DNA from: Candidatus Eiseniibacteriota bacterium
GTDB lineage: Bacteria > Eisenbacteria > RBG-16-71-46
Reading direction: 5' to 3'
Assembly (NCBI GenBank): GCA_963744995.1
Contig: CAVUWA010000011.1
Span: 224,001-288,000, forward strand
DNA: 64,000 bases
Part shown: positions 29,029-42,132 of the stretch, piece after piece
Position numbering within the stretch: position 1 is the stretch's first letter
Layout of the letters: each line of letters starts with the position of its first letter
Notes under the pieces: generated by a model
Databases searched by the model: none
What the model was told of the DNA's origin: nothing
Seen by the model: the letters and a program-made list of their open reading frames with translations, nothing else
Program-made: the position numbers and the translations under genes

Positions 29029-29189
29029 GGGACCTCCTGGCCGTCGCTGCCGGCCGGAGCGCGGGGATTCCGCCCGGGATTCTAGCGCCCCCCCGCCGCG
29101 TCCATCAATACACGCGCACACTCCCGGGACCCCGGTCATCCCTGCCGCGCGCCCGTCCAGGCCTTTCTCCGCGCCGGTCCCGATTCGGG

Positions 29190-29239
29190 TTGACGACAAT
29201 TGTCGCCATGGCGCATGCTCCCTGTGACGACAATTGTAG
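29190..29239 (+). promoter_or_regulatory. BlaI/MecI-type double operator overlapping promoter
   Basis: Palindromes CGACAATTGTCG (29194-205) and CGACAATTGTAG (29228-39); TTGACG -35 at 29190. Confidence 0.75.
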
Positions 29240-29256
29240 CCACGGAGGAATCGCCG

Positions 29257-29652
29257 ATGCCGAAGTCGATGCCCACCGGGTCGCAGGAACTCGCCCTGCT
29301 GCGTTACATCGCGGAACACGGGCCGCTCACCGTCGGCCGCGTGGCCGAAACCTACGGCGCCGAGCATGGCCTCGCCCGCTCGACGGTCCTCACGGTCATG
29401 GAGCGCCTGCGCCGCAAGGGACACCTCGGTCGGAAGCGCATGGACGGTGTCTACGTCTACGCCTCGTCGCTCGACAAGGCGGGCGTGCTGCGCGGCGCGG
29501 TCGGCCAGTTCATCGAGCGCGCGCTGCAGGGCTCGCTCTCACCCATCGCCGCCTATCTCGCCGAGCGCGGCGAGGTGTCCGACGAGGAATTGCGCGAGCT
29601 CAGGCGCGCGGTGAAGGCGCTCAAGAAACGCCCGAAGGGCGGCCGAACGTGA
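29257..29652 (+). CDS. BlaI/MecI/CopY family repressor
   Basis: QELALL, LARSTVLTVMERLRRKG; SD GGAGG. Confidence 0.9.
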   Translation: MPKSMPTGSQELALLRYIAEHGPLTVGRVAETYGAEHGLARSTVLTVMERLRRKGHLGRKRMDGVYVYASSLDKAGVLRGAVGQFIERALQGSLSPIAAYLAERGEVSDEELRELRRAVKALKKRPKGGRT

Positions 29653-31547
29653 GTGCCGCCTGGACGGCCGCGCTCGGGCGCGCTTCGCTCGAGTCCGCGC
29701 TGGCGGTGCTCGCGGTGGCCGCGGTCATCCGGCTCGTGCCGCGGCTGCCGGCCTGGGCGCGCTGCGCGCTGTGGTGGCTCGCGAGCGCCCGCGCGCTGAT
29801 CGCGTGCGCCGGTCTGCCGGGCGTGCCGCTGCCGCTGCTGCCGGCCGCAAGCGCACCGGCCTCCCTCCCGGGGGCCGCCGCGCCGCTGTCGTCCGTCGCC
29901 GCGGCGCCCGCGCTCCCCGCGCCGTCCGCCGGCGCGCCCTTCGACCCGGTCCTCCTCGCATGGTTCGCGATCGCCGTGCTGTGGGCGGCGGGTGCGCTCG
30001 TGCTGGCGCTCCGGCAGGGCCTCGCGGCGCGCCGCGCCCTCGCCCTGTGGCGAGGCGCCCGGGAGCTCGAATCGGACGGGGCGCGCACGTGGCTCGGCGC
30101 CTGGCTGGGCGAGCCCCGCGCGCAGCGCGTCGAGCTGCGCGCGAGCGACGCCGTGGCGGCGCCGCTGCTGCTCGGCTGGGGGCGGCCGCGCATCGTCGTG
30201 CCGGCTTCCTTCGAGCGCACGCTCCCTTCGCGCGCGCGCATGGCGCTCGCCCACGAGACGGCGCACCTCCTGCGCCGCGACCTCTGGTGGGGATGGGTGC
30301 CCGCGCTCGCCGAGTGTGTGTTCTGGTTCCACCCGATCGTCCGCTGGGCGGTGATGGAGTACGCCCAGTCGCGCGAAGAGGCCTGCGATGCACGGGCGAT
30401 CGAACTCACAGGCGCCGAGCCCGGGGGCTATGGCGAGATGCTGGTCGGCTTCGGCGTGGATCGCGTCCGCTTCGGACATGCGGCCGCGTCCTGCGGGAGT
30501 CGCCATGCGCGTCAACTCACGAGGAGGCTCCACATGCTGTCCCATCTGAAATCCATGACCCGCCTGCAGCGCATCGCCGTCGTGACCGGAGTCGCCGCGA
30601 TCGGCCTCTTCGCCATCGTGCCGCTGCGCGTCGTCGCCGCACAGCGCCCCGCGGCGGAGGCCGAATTCGCCGCGCCGCCCTCCGCTTCGACCACCGTGAT
30701 CGAGGCGGACGCTGCCGGCGGCGCGGCGGCCGAGGGCGACGGGTCGGCCGCCGCTGCGGAGGCCGAAGCCGGGGCGCGGACGTCCGCGCCGGTCACCGTG
30801 ATCGAGGCGCCGGGTGACGACGCGACGGATGCCGGCGCGGCCGGGGGCGACCGGCCTGCCGCCGGGCACGATCGACGCGGAGACGACGAGGCGGACGACG
30901 ACGCTTTCGGGTACTCCTGGACCGACCAGGGCGACGGGTTCTCCTTCGGCCTGCTGGGCGGCGGCGACGACAACACGCTCTCGGGATCGTTCGGCGATGG
31001 CGACTGGAGCAGGATCCGCCGGCTGAGCCGGCAGAATCCCGACCGCATCTTCTGGTTCCGCCTGCAAGGGCGCGATTACGTGGTGCACGACCGCGCCATC
31101 GTGAACCGCGTGCGGGAGATGATGAAGCCGCAGATCGAGCTCGGTCGCCGCCAGGGCGCGCTCGGCGCGCAACAGGCCGAGCTGGGCGAGCAGCAGGCGC
31201 GGCTCGGCAGCCGGCAGGCTGGCCTGGGCGCCAGGCAGGCCGAGCTGGCCGCACGGCTCGCAGATCTCTCGATGGACGCGTCTTTCGGCGACGCCTCGCG
31301 CGCCGAGCGCGCCGAGATGCGCCGGAAGATCGACGACATCCAGGATCGCATCCACGTGCTCTCGCGGCAGCAGCGCGAGCTGGGCGATCAACAGCAGGCA
31401 TTGGGCGATCAGCAGAGCGAGCTCGGCGCGAAGCAGAGCGCCCTCGGCGAGAGGCAGCGCGCAGAGGCGGAAAGGGCCCGTCCCGCGGTGCGCCGCCTCG
31501 CCGCGCAGTGCGTGCGCGACGGCCGCGCGGAGCGGTGGAAGGACTAG
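29649..31547 (+). CDS. BlaR1-like M56 peptidase with C-terminal coiled-coil repeat domain
   Basis: GTGA overlap; HETAH, FWFHP and REEACD; C-terminal QxxLGxx heptad repeats. Confidence 0.88.
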   Translation: MSAAWTAALGRASLESALAVLAVAAVIRLVPRLPAWARCALWWLASARALIACAGLPGVPLPLLPAASAPASLPGAAAPLSSVAAAPALPAPSAGAPFDPVLLAWFAIAVLWAAGALVLALRQGLAARRALALWRGARELESDGARTWLGAWLGEPRAQRVELRASDAVAAPLLLGWGRPRIVVPASFERTLPSRARMALAHETAHLLRRDLWWGWVPALAECVFWFHPIVRWAVMEYAQSREEACDARAIELTGAEPGGYGEMLVGFGVDRVRFGHAAASCGSRHARQLTRRLHMLSHLKSMTRLQRIAVVTGVAAIGLFAIVPLRVVAAQRPAAEAEFAAPPSASTTVIEADAAGGAAAEGDGSAAAAEAEAGARTSAPVTVIEAPGDDATDAGAAGGDRPAAGHDRRGDDEADDDAFGYSWTDQGDGFSFGLLGGGDDNTLSGSFGDGDWSRIRRLSRQNPDRIFWFRLQGRDYVVHDRAIVNRVREMMKPQIELGRRQGALGAQQAELGEQQARLGSRQAGLGARQAELAARLADLSMDASFGDASRAERAEMRRKIDDIQDRIHVLSRQQRELGDQQQALGDQQSELGAKQSALGERQRAEAERARPAVRRLAAQCVRDGRAERWKD

Positions 31548-31638
31548 CGCGAGGGCGATGTGCGCCCGGTCGCATGGGCCGGGCGCGCGCCCGCGACGTT
31601 ACGACGCCGCGGGGAGCACGCGGCGCGCGGCGACGTCG

Positions 31639-32409
31639 CTACTGCTCGGAGTAGTTCCAGAGCAGGCCGCCATCCACGAACAGCGTGGAGCCCGTCATGT
31701 AGCCGGCGTCGTCCGAGGCGAGGAACGCGACGAGCCCCGCGACGTCGTCCGGCTGCCCGAGGCGTCCGAGCGGGATGTTGGCGAGCAGGGCCTTCAGCTC
31801 GCCCTTGTTCTCGAGGAGCTTCGCGTTGATCGGCGTCTCGATCGCGCCGGGCGCGATGTTGTTGATCGTGATCCCGAGCGGTGCGAGCTCGATCGCGAGG
31901 TCGCGGGTCAGCATCCTCAGCCCGCCCTTGCTCGCGCAGTAGCTCGCGAAGTGCGGGAACGGCAGTTCCTCGTGGACCGAACTGATGTTGACGATCCGCC
32001 CCGGGCGCTTCGTGTCGCGCAGGTGCCGGGTGAACGCCTGCGTGATGAAGAACACGCCTTTGAGGTTCACGTCGAGCACCAGATCGTAGTCCTCCTCCGT
32101 GACCTCCATGAACGGGGCGCGACGCTCGACGCCGGCGTTGTTCACCAGAACGTCGATGCGTCCCATCCTGCCGACCGCCTCCGCCACCACCCGTGCATCC
32201 GCCGCGACGCGCGCCTGGTCACCGGCCACCACGCAGCCCTTGCGGCCGAGCGCGGTCACCTCCGCCAGCGTCTCCTCGGCGCGCCCGTCGTCGGCCCGGT
32301 CGTGCACGACGATGTCCGCGCCCTCCCGCGCCAGCCGCACCGCGATCGCGCGGCCGATGCCCTGGCCGCTGCCCGTGACCATGGCGATCTTCCCTTCGAG
32401 TCTCATCAT
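31639..32409 (-). CDS. SDR oxidoreductase (glucose 1-dehydrogenase-like)
   Basis: TGSGQGIG, NNAG, SSVHE and YCASK. Confidence 0.9.
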   Translation of the reverse strand: MMRLEGKIAMVTGSGQGIGRAIAVRLAREGADIVVHDRADDGRAEETLAEVTALGRKGCVVAGDQARVAADARVVAEAVGRMGRIDVLVNNAGVERRAPFMEVTEEDYDLVLDVNLKGVFFITQAFTRHLRDTKRPGRIVNISSVHEELPFPHFASYCASKGGLRMLTRDLAIELAPLGITINNIAPGAIETPINAKLLENKGELKALLANIPLGRLGQPDDVAGLVAFLASDDAGYMTGSTLFVDGGLLWNYSEQ

Positions 32410-32584
32410 GTCCTTTCGCTCCGGCCGGCTCCATGCCGCGGCGCCGCGGGCGCGGCGCCACGGGTTCGAGCATTACCACATCGGCCACGGCGCGACGTTC
32501 GCAGCGCGTCCGCACGCGTGCCGGGACCGCGGACGGCGGTGTTCGGCGGGCCCCGTGCGGCCCGACACCGGCACGCACGCACGA

Positions 32585-32612
32585 AGGCCCCGGGGCTCGC
32601 GCCCCGGGGCCT
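32585..32612 (-). terminator. terminator hairpin after groEL
   Basis: aggccccgggg/ccccggggcct inverted repeat. Confidence 0.7.
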
Positions 32613-32641
32613 CGTGCTACCGCTTGGATGACGTCGATCGA

Positions 32642-34711
<2,070 letters not shown>

Positions 34712-34978
34712 TCACATGCGAACGCTTCTGGCGCCCGCAAGACTCTCGCAATATCGAGGAGACGCGCGCGCAGGTCAAGGAGGACCGTGAATTGCGGGCT
34801 TGGTTCGCAACTCGTTTACAATCAGCATCTTATGATTTCGGGTCGGGGTCCGCCTCCAGCGCCTTTGTCAAAATGACACGCAACGGCTGGCGATATCGTG
34901 GCGCGGTCGGTGGGGGATGACCGCGGCGCATGGCGGGTGGCGCGCCGCGGGAGCGACGCGACGCGAGGCTGCGGGTGG

Positions 34979-35830
34979 CTACTCGGTCGACTCGAACAGC
35001 GAGGGCCGGGCGACGCCGTCCAGGTAGCCCATGCTCACCGAGCCCGCCACCTGGAGCTTCTCGTTCCGGTACGGCCTGCGCGTGCGCGAGAACACGACGA
35101 TCGTATCGCGTCCCTGCTGCAGGTAGAACGCGAAGGCGCCGCCGACTTCGTACACGTCGCCGACGCGGCCCTTCACGCGCACCGTCGTTCCGTCGAAGCG
35201 CTCGGGGTGTTCGCGGATGCTGTGGATCGACACGGTCGGCTCGCTGCGTGGCCACATGAACCACGCCACCACCGCCAGCAGCACGGCGAGCATGCCGAGC
35301 TGCAGCACGCGGCTGGTCTGGAGCGCATCGGCCGCGATCGCCCACCACGGCTCGTCGAGCCTGGCGCGCCGCGTGAGGGGAGCGGCCGGCGCGCGGGTCT
35401 GGACGAGCGGATCGTCCGTGCCGGCGCTGCGCGCATCGAACGGCAGATCGTCGAGCGGCGGGCCCTCGCGCGCTTCCGGGCCCGCATCCTGGCCGGCACC
35501 GGCCCACGCGGGCGCGGCGGGCCTGCCGGGCGGTGCGGCGCTCGGGGCGCTACCGGTGCCTTCGACGCGCTGCAGGCGCGGCACGCTGCTGGCCGCCGCC
35601 TTCCACGCCTGCGGCTTCACGGGTTTCTTCGCGGCGCCGGCGGCGCCGGGGCTCTCGCCGCCGGCCGGCTGCACGAGCTTGAGGTGCGGCGACGGCTCAT
35701 GGCCACGGGCCTGTTCCGACTGCGCCCCCTCTTCGGCGCCGACCAGCCAGTCGGGTCGCTCCGCCGCGGGCTCTGCCGGCTCGGGCGGCCGCTGGGACTC
35801 GAAGACGTCTGGGGATTCTGCGTCGGACAT
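34979..35830 (-). CDS. hypothetical membrane protein with C-terminal OB-fold-like domain
   Basis: Disordered N-terminus, one TM, then VSIHSIREHPERFDGTTVRVKGRV. Confidence 0.65.
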   Translation of the reverse strand: MSDAESPDVFESQRPPEPAEPAAERPDWLVGAEEGAQSEQARGHEPSPHLKLVQPAGGESPGAAGAAKKPVKPQAWKAAASSVPRLQRVEGTGSAPSAAPPGRPAAPAWAGAGQDAGPEAREGPPLDDLPFDARSAGTDDPLVQTRAPAAPLTRRARLDEPWWAIAADALQTSRVLQLGMLAVLLAVVAWFMWPRSEPTVSIHSIREHPERFDGTTVRVKGRVGDVYEVGGAFAFYLQQGRDTIVVFSRTRRPYRNEKLQVAGSVSMGYLDGVARPSLFESTE

Positions 35831-35990
35831 GATTCTCCCGGGAGGGGGTTCGGACCGGGTTATCGGCGGCCGGCGCCGGCGCGTTTAGGCGATTTCGCCC
35901 GGCGGCGTCTGCCCGGGGCCGCGGCGCGGGGCCGGCGCCGGAGCGGCCGGTGCGGCGCGGAAGCCGGTGCGGCCGCTCGCGTCCGGTCTC

Positions 35991-37343
<1,353 letters not shown>

Positions 37344-37439
37344 GGCGCGCTTCCGTTCGGCGGGCGGCCGCGGGCCGGCGGCGCGGCCACGCGGCGCAGA
37401 AAGGGGGAGGCGCCGCGGCGAACCGCGGCGCCTGCGCCG

Positions 37440-37919
37440 CTATTTCAGGGTCTTCAGGATCTCGACGACCTTCTCGATGCTCGGGATGCCCTCGATCTCG
37501 CCGGGCGCGGCGCTCACGTCCTTGTAGACGAGCCGGCCCTGCTTGTCGACGACGAAGATGGCGCGTCCCGACGTGCGGTATTTCTCGTTGTACACGCCGT
37601 ACGCGCGGGCGGCGTCGTGGGTCCAGTCCGAGAGCAGCATGAAGGAGAGCCGCAGGTGTTTCGCGAACGCCGTGTTGGCGAAGTGGCTGTCGACGCTGAT
37701 CCCGAGCACGACGGCGTCACTGGCTTCGATGCGCGGCAGCGCGGCCTGGACCTCGGGCAGCTGGTGCGAGCACGTGCCCGAGAAGGCCAGCGGGTAGAAC
37801 ACCAGGACGACGTTCCTGTCGCCTGCGTATTCGGAGAGCGTCACCGGCTGGCCGCCGGGGCCCCTGAGCTTGAAGTCGGGAGCGACCTGCCCGACGTCCG
37901 GCGAGGCGGTCGTGGTCAT
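37440..37919 (-). CDS. peroxiredoxin (AhpE/AhpC-TSA family)
   Basis: APDFKL, FYPLAFSGTC and GISVDS. Confidence 0.9.
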   Translation of the reverse strand: MTTTASPDVGQVAPDFKLRGPGGQPVTLSEYAGDRNVVLVFYPLAFSGTCSHQLPEVQAALPRIEASDAVVLGISVDSHFANTAFAKHLRLSFMLLSDWTHDAARAYGVYNEKYRTSGRAIFVVDKQGRLVYKDVSAAPGEIEGIPSIEKVVEILKTLK

Positions 37920-38023
37920 GCGGATCCTCCGTCTGCGAATGGGCGCGATGGGCGCGGCCGCAAACTCCATTACTGAAGCCCGGCCGGCGGCGTCAACCCC
38001 GCCGGGTTCGATGCGGCGGCGGC

Positions 38024-38668
38024 CTACGCGGTTTTCGGCCCCGGCGCCACCGGATCGGCCGCGCCGGGGCCGGCGGGCAGGTCGGGCATGCGCCTGAGCA
38101 CGTCCTGGCTCGCCGCGGCGAGCTCCATGAGCGAGCGCACGCCACGGTCACGCTCCCAGCGCTCGGCCAGCACCACGAGCAGCAGCGCGGTGGTCGTCGC
38201 ATCGGGCAGCGCGCGGTGGCGCTCCATGCGCTGAATGCCGAGGCGCTGTGCGAGCTGGCCCAGCGAGTGCCCGCCGCGCACGTCGAGCCCGCGGGCGAGC
38301 CCGAGCGTGTCGATCACCGGCTGCGCCAGCGGCGGCCGACCGCCCGCGCGCATCAGCGCCTGGAGGAACGGGAGATCGAAGCGCGCGTGATGGAAGACCA
38401 GCGGCCGCGTGCCGACTTCCGCCTCGAGCGCGGTCGCGACCGCCCCGGGATCCGGCGCGTCGCGTACCATGTCGGCGGTGATGCCGTGCACCGCCGTGGC
38501 CTCGGCCGGAATCCGCCGGCGGGGGCGCACGAGGCTCGACCAGCCCTCGCCCACGACGCCGTCGTCGAGCCGCACCGAAGCGACCTCGAGAATCGAGTGG
38601 CCGTCCGCGAACAGTCCGGTCGTCTCGGTGTCGATCGCCCGCAGCTCGTGTCCGGTGAGGATCGGCAC
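38024..38668 (-). CDS. DEDDh 3'-5' exonuclease (DnaQ/PolC-exo-like)
   Basis: IDTETTG, HHARFD, IDTL and HRALPDA; start uncertain. Confidence 0.88.
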   Translation of the reverse strand: MPILTGHELRAIDTETTGLFADGHSILEVASVRLDDGVVGEGWSSLVRPRRRIPAEATAVHGITADMVRDAPDPGAVATALEAEVGTRPLVFHHARFDLPFLQALMRAGGRPPLAQPVIDTLGLARGLDVRGGHSLGQLAQRLGIQRMERHRALPDATTTALLLVVLAERWERDRGVRSLMELAAASQDVLRRMPDLPAGPGAADPVAPGPKTA

Positions 38669-38751
38669 CGGCGTCAGGGTCGAGCCGCGGCCGGGCGGGC
38701 GGCGACCCGCGCCGTGGTCCCGGGGACGCGCCGGGCGCCCGCCGCCAAGGC

Positions 38752-39270
38752 CTAGTGCTCCCGGGCGGCGTCGGCCTTCTTCGCGAATTCCTGGAAGTCG
38801 ACCCCGCGGTCCATGTGACCGTCGCCGATGAATTCGAGCAGCAGCAGGAAGCGGTCGGCGGGAATGTAGCCCGGCACGTTGACGATGTGGTCGCCGTTCG
38901 GGCGCAGGAAGATCGTCGTCGGGTAGCCGGTGACCCGGAATCCCGAGGCGATCGTGCGCGAGGTCAGCGACTTGCCGCGATAGGTCGCAGGTTCGGCGGA
39001 TTCGGCGTTGAGCTTCACCGCGACGAAGCGCTTCGCGAGGGCCGCGCGCACATCGGGGCGCGAATAGACGTCGCGCTCCATGCGCCGGCACCAGCCGCAC
39101 CAGTCGGTGTAGACGTCCACGAGCACCGGCTTGCCTTTCGCGCCCGCCTCGCTGAGGCCGTCGTCCCATCCGTGCCAGGCCGCATCCCCGGCGGCGCGCG
39201 CGGGGGCCGCGAAGGCCAGCGCGGCGAGCGCGAACAGGACGATGGGGAGACCGGTGCGTTGCAGGGTCAT
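38752..39270 (-). CDS. exported thioredoxin-fold protein (SoxW/DUF255-like)
   Basis: Signal peptide; WCGWC; GYPT. Confidence 0.88.
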   Translation of the reverse strand: MTLQRTGLPIVLFALAALAFAAPARAAGDAAWHGWDDGLSEAGAKGKPVLVDVYTDWCGWCRRMERDVYSRPDVRAALAKRFVAVKLNAESAEPATYRGKSLTSRTIASGFRVTGYPTTIFLRPNGDHIVNVPGYIPADRFLLLLEFIGDGHMDRGVDFQEFAKKADAAREH

Positions 39271-39406
39271 GCGAAGCTCCTCGGGTGGGCGATGCGCCGA
39301 CGAAGTGTAGCACGGGCGGAGCGCGCGGCGCGGGGCCGCCCGCAGCCCTCCATCGGATGCCGCCCGCCGCTGCGGGGGTTCGCGCGGCGCCGGCGCGCCG
39401 ACCGGC

Positions 39407-40249
39407 TCAACCCCGGTCGAAGGCGTGGTGGCGCAGCGTGCCGCCGGGGTCGGCGGGATCGAACCACACGGCGCTCAGGTGCGCTGCGCCGAACTGGCCC
39501 GGATTCACCACCACAGTCCGCCCGATCGCGTCGCGCCAGGCCGAGGTCATGCGCGGCGACTCGTGGATGTGCCCGCTCAGGACGAGCGGCGGCTGGTGCG
39601 CATCGACGAACGCACGCAACGCGCGCGAGCCGACGTGGACGCGCACGTGCACGACGTCGCACAGAGTGTCGCGCGGAGGCGAGTGGCTCACGTAGATCGT
39701 GCGCTGCGGATCCGAGTGCGCCGCCAGGGCCGCCAGCGCCTCCGCGATCGTCGGCGCGCGGTGCGTCACGTCGAACACGTACTCGCGCAGTGTGCCGTCG
39801 CGGCTGACCAGCCCGTCGAGCCGCAGCGGCTGCTCCTCGGCGCCGTCGTCCCAGCGTTCCCAGTCCTTGATCCGGAACGGGGTGATCGGCACCCACGACA
39901 GTCCGGCGACCGTCACGCCGTCCACCTCGACGCAGCGCTCGTGCAGGTAGTGCCAGAGCTCGCCGTCGCCCGCCGCAAGCACGTCCTCGTTCACTGCCCA
40001 GTCGTCGTTGCCCATCAGGACGAGCAGCCGCGTCCCCGGCGACGCATCGCGGATGCGGCGCGCGAATTCGACGAAGAACCCCTGCATGAACACGCGCTGG
40101 CGCGCGGGGCCGGCGGCGTCCGCGGCGTGCGGACACAGGTCCCCGCCGAGCAGAATCGCCGGTGGCCGCTGCGCGGCGGCGATCACGACCACCTGCTCGT
40201 AGAGCGCGAGCTGGCCATGCAGGTCGGACGTGAAGAACCAGTCGGGCAC
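39407..40249 (-). CDS. Icc-like metallophosphoesterase
   Basis: SDLHG, GGDL, MGNDD, HSPP and GHIHE. Confidence 0.88.
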   Translation of the reverse strand: MPDWFFTSDLHGQLALYEQVVVIAAAQRPPAILLGGDLCPHAADAAGPARQRVFMQGFFVEFARRIRDASPGTRLLVLMGNDDWAVNEDVLAAGDGELWHYLHERCVEVDGVTVAGLSWVPITPFRIKDWERWDDGAEEQPLRLDGLVSRDGTLREYVFDVTHRAPTIAEALAALAAHSDPQRTIYVSHSPPRDTLCDVVHVRVHVGSRALRAFVDAHQPPLVLSGHIHESPRMTSAWRDAIGRTVVVNPGQFGAAHLSAVWFDPADPGGTLRHHAFDRG

Positions 40250-40524
40250 GCGGCGCCTCCGGAGGCCGTGGGTCAGGACGGGGCCCCAATCTAGCCCGCG
40301 CGACGGGGTCACGCCACCGCCCGGGCGGCGTGCGCGATCGCGTCGTGATGTCACCTGATTGTGAATCACGAGGCGGCCGGGGCGTTCGTGCGCCCGCGCG
40401 CACGATCGGCGCCCGGAATCCGCTTGACCCTTCCGCCGCGCGCTCCGGATACTCTTTACCCGCGTCTCGCGCCATGCCATGTGCGGGCGCGGCTTGCCTC
40501 GAAGTCGCTCCCGAAAGGATGACC

Positions 40525-41700
40525 ATGCTTCGGATTCCGATCCTGCGCGCCGCCGTCATGGCGGCCGCGCTCGCCGTCGTCGTTTTCGCTCCGCCGTCTG
40601 GGACCGCCCCGGCGGCCTCCGACAACCTGCTGCTCAACGGCGACATGGAAGCGCCGCTTCCCGGCCACCCGTGGATGCCGGCCGCCTGGGACACCTCGGT
40701 CTCCGGGCTGCCGTCCGTGTTCTTCGGGCGCGACACGTTCCTCGTCCACGGCGGCAGGTACTCGCTCAACGTCGCCAACGCGAGCACGATCTTCAAGATG
40801 TCGCACAACTGGCACCAGGCGTTGCTGGTGACGCCCGACATGTGGGGCAAGGACGCCGTGCTGTCCGTGTGGACGCGCAGCAACGGCGTCGATGGCCGCG
40901 GCTACGTGCTGCTGCAGGCCTATCGCGACACCATTTCGAAGATGGCGAAGATCTGGAACGTCCCGCGCGAGCAGGCGCGGGAGACGCTGCACATCAACAA
41001 GATCGACGATCCGCTCATCGACTTCGGCTGGAAGCGCGTCTCGTTCTCGGAGCCCGAGACCGACTGGGTGCGCCGCGACCTGCGGGTCTACATCGCGCCC
41101 TCGACGAACATGCTGTTCGTGCGGCTCGGCATCATGGGCACCGGCCAGGTGATGTTCGACGACGCGCGGCTGACGACCGAGCCGGCCGGGCCCGCCGCGC
41201 CGCCGCCGCTCATGACCAACCTGCTCGCCGATCCGAGCTTCGAAGGCACCGGTGACGACTGGGAGTTCTCGACTCCGCCGTTCGAGAACATGTTCGTCGG
41301 CATCGTGAAGGGCGTGGCGAACACGGGGAATCAGAGTGCCGGCGTCTGGGGCGGTCTCGGCAGCCTGGTCGAGGCGCGCGCCGGCGTGTGCCAGCCGATC
41401 CCCGCCCGCAACCTGCAGGGCATGCGCGTGCGCCTGACCAGCCACGTGAAGACCGACAGCCTGAAAGGGCTCGCCTACATCAAGCTCTACGCCAATACGC
41501 TGCACGGCGTGGAGCATCCGCCGACGCCGAAGCAGTTCTCGGTCACCAACGACTGGACCGAAACGAGCCTCGAAATGGACGTGCCGAAGGACACCTACAA
41601 CCTGTGGGCGTGGTCCGTGCTCAATGCGCCGGCGGCGGGAAAGGTGTATTTCGACGACATGACGCTCGAGGTCCTGGGACCGGCCACCAAGAAGCCCTGA
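40525..41700 (+). CDS. secreted protein with two carbohydrate-binding-like (CBM4/9-type) domains
   Basis: Signal peptide; NLLLNGDME...FDD and NLLADPSFE...YFDD repeats. Confidence 0.75.
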   Translation: MLRIPILRAAVMAAALAVVVFAPPSGTAPAASDNLLLNGDMEAPLPGHPWMPAAWDTSVSGLPSVFFGRDTFLVHGGRYSLNVANASTIFKMSHNWHQALLVTPDMWGKDAVLSVWTRSNGVDGRGYVLLQAYRDTISKMAKIWNVPREQARETLHINKIDDPLIDFGWKRVSFSEPETDWVRRDLRVYIAPSTNMLFVRLGIMGTGQVMFDDARLTTEPAGPAAPPPLMTNLLADPSFEGTGDDWEFSTPPFENMFVGIVKGVANTGNQSAGVWGGLGSLVEARAGVCQPIPARNLQGMRVRLTSHVKTDSLKGLAYIKLYANTLHGVEHPPTPKQFSVTNDWTETSLEMDVPKDTYNLWAWSVLNAPAAGKVYFDDMTLEVLGPATKKP

Positions 41701-41824
41701 CCTTCGGGGCGCGAAACGGTGCGATGAGCGGCCCCGGCGCGGCGCGAATCGGGTGGCGCCGGGGCCGTTGCACCGTGACGCACGAATCCGCCGGCGCCCG
41801 GTCCCGGCTTTCGTCCCTCAATCC

Positions 41825-41854
41825 TTGACACTCCTGCGCGGAGGAGCGGACACT
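41825..41854 (+). promoter_or_regulatory. putative sigma70-type promoter with no downstream ORF
   Basis: Perfect TTGACA, 18 nt spacer, GACACT. Confidence 0.45.
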
Positions 41855-41859
41855 TCCGG

Positions 41860-42132
41860 GTGCAGTCGGGCAGAAAGATCTCCTTGGCAGGGAGCTTTCC
41901 TTCCGGACCCGGGTCGCCGTTCGCTGCACGGTGATCGCCACGACTCCCGCGGAGGCTCGCAAGCGAGGCGAGACGACGTCGGGGGCGAGGTCACGGGAAT
42001 GGGGCTGCGTTGGTGTCCGGGTCGCTGAGCCCGGAGCGACACCCTATCGGATGCCAGAGGGGCGAACCCCCCTCCACTCCTGACATCCCCCGTTCAGGCG
42101 CGGGGCCCTCCGGGGCCCCGCACCCGTTTTTT
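41860..42132 (+). ncRNA. candidate three-domain structured ncRNA (unclassified)
   Basis: Promoter upstream, U-tailed terminator downstream; stems gtgcag/ctgcac, gtgatcgcc/ggcgaggtcac, gggaatg/catccc; G-U pairs on +. Confidence 0.5.
42100..42132 (+). terminator. intrinsic terminator
   Basis: gcggggccc-tccg-gggccccgc then acccgtttttt. Confidence 0.8.

Noticed and set aside
31130..31460. 21-nt periodic repeats in the M56 3' region as a possible CRISPR or tandem array
   Set aside because: They are degenerate coding heptads (QxxLGxx), with no spacers and no cas genes
41860..41930. Minus strand contains GGTCCGGAAGGAA, matching the SRP RNA helix-8 apex
   Set aside because: The flanking CAGG/AGCA internal loop is not conserved, and promoter, terminator and G-U pairs all favour the + strand; an Rfam SRP search would settle it
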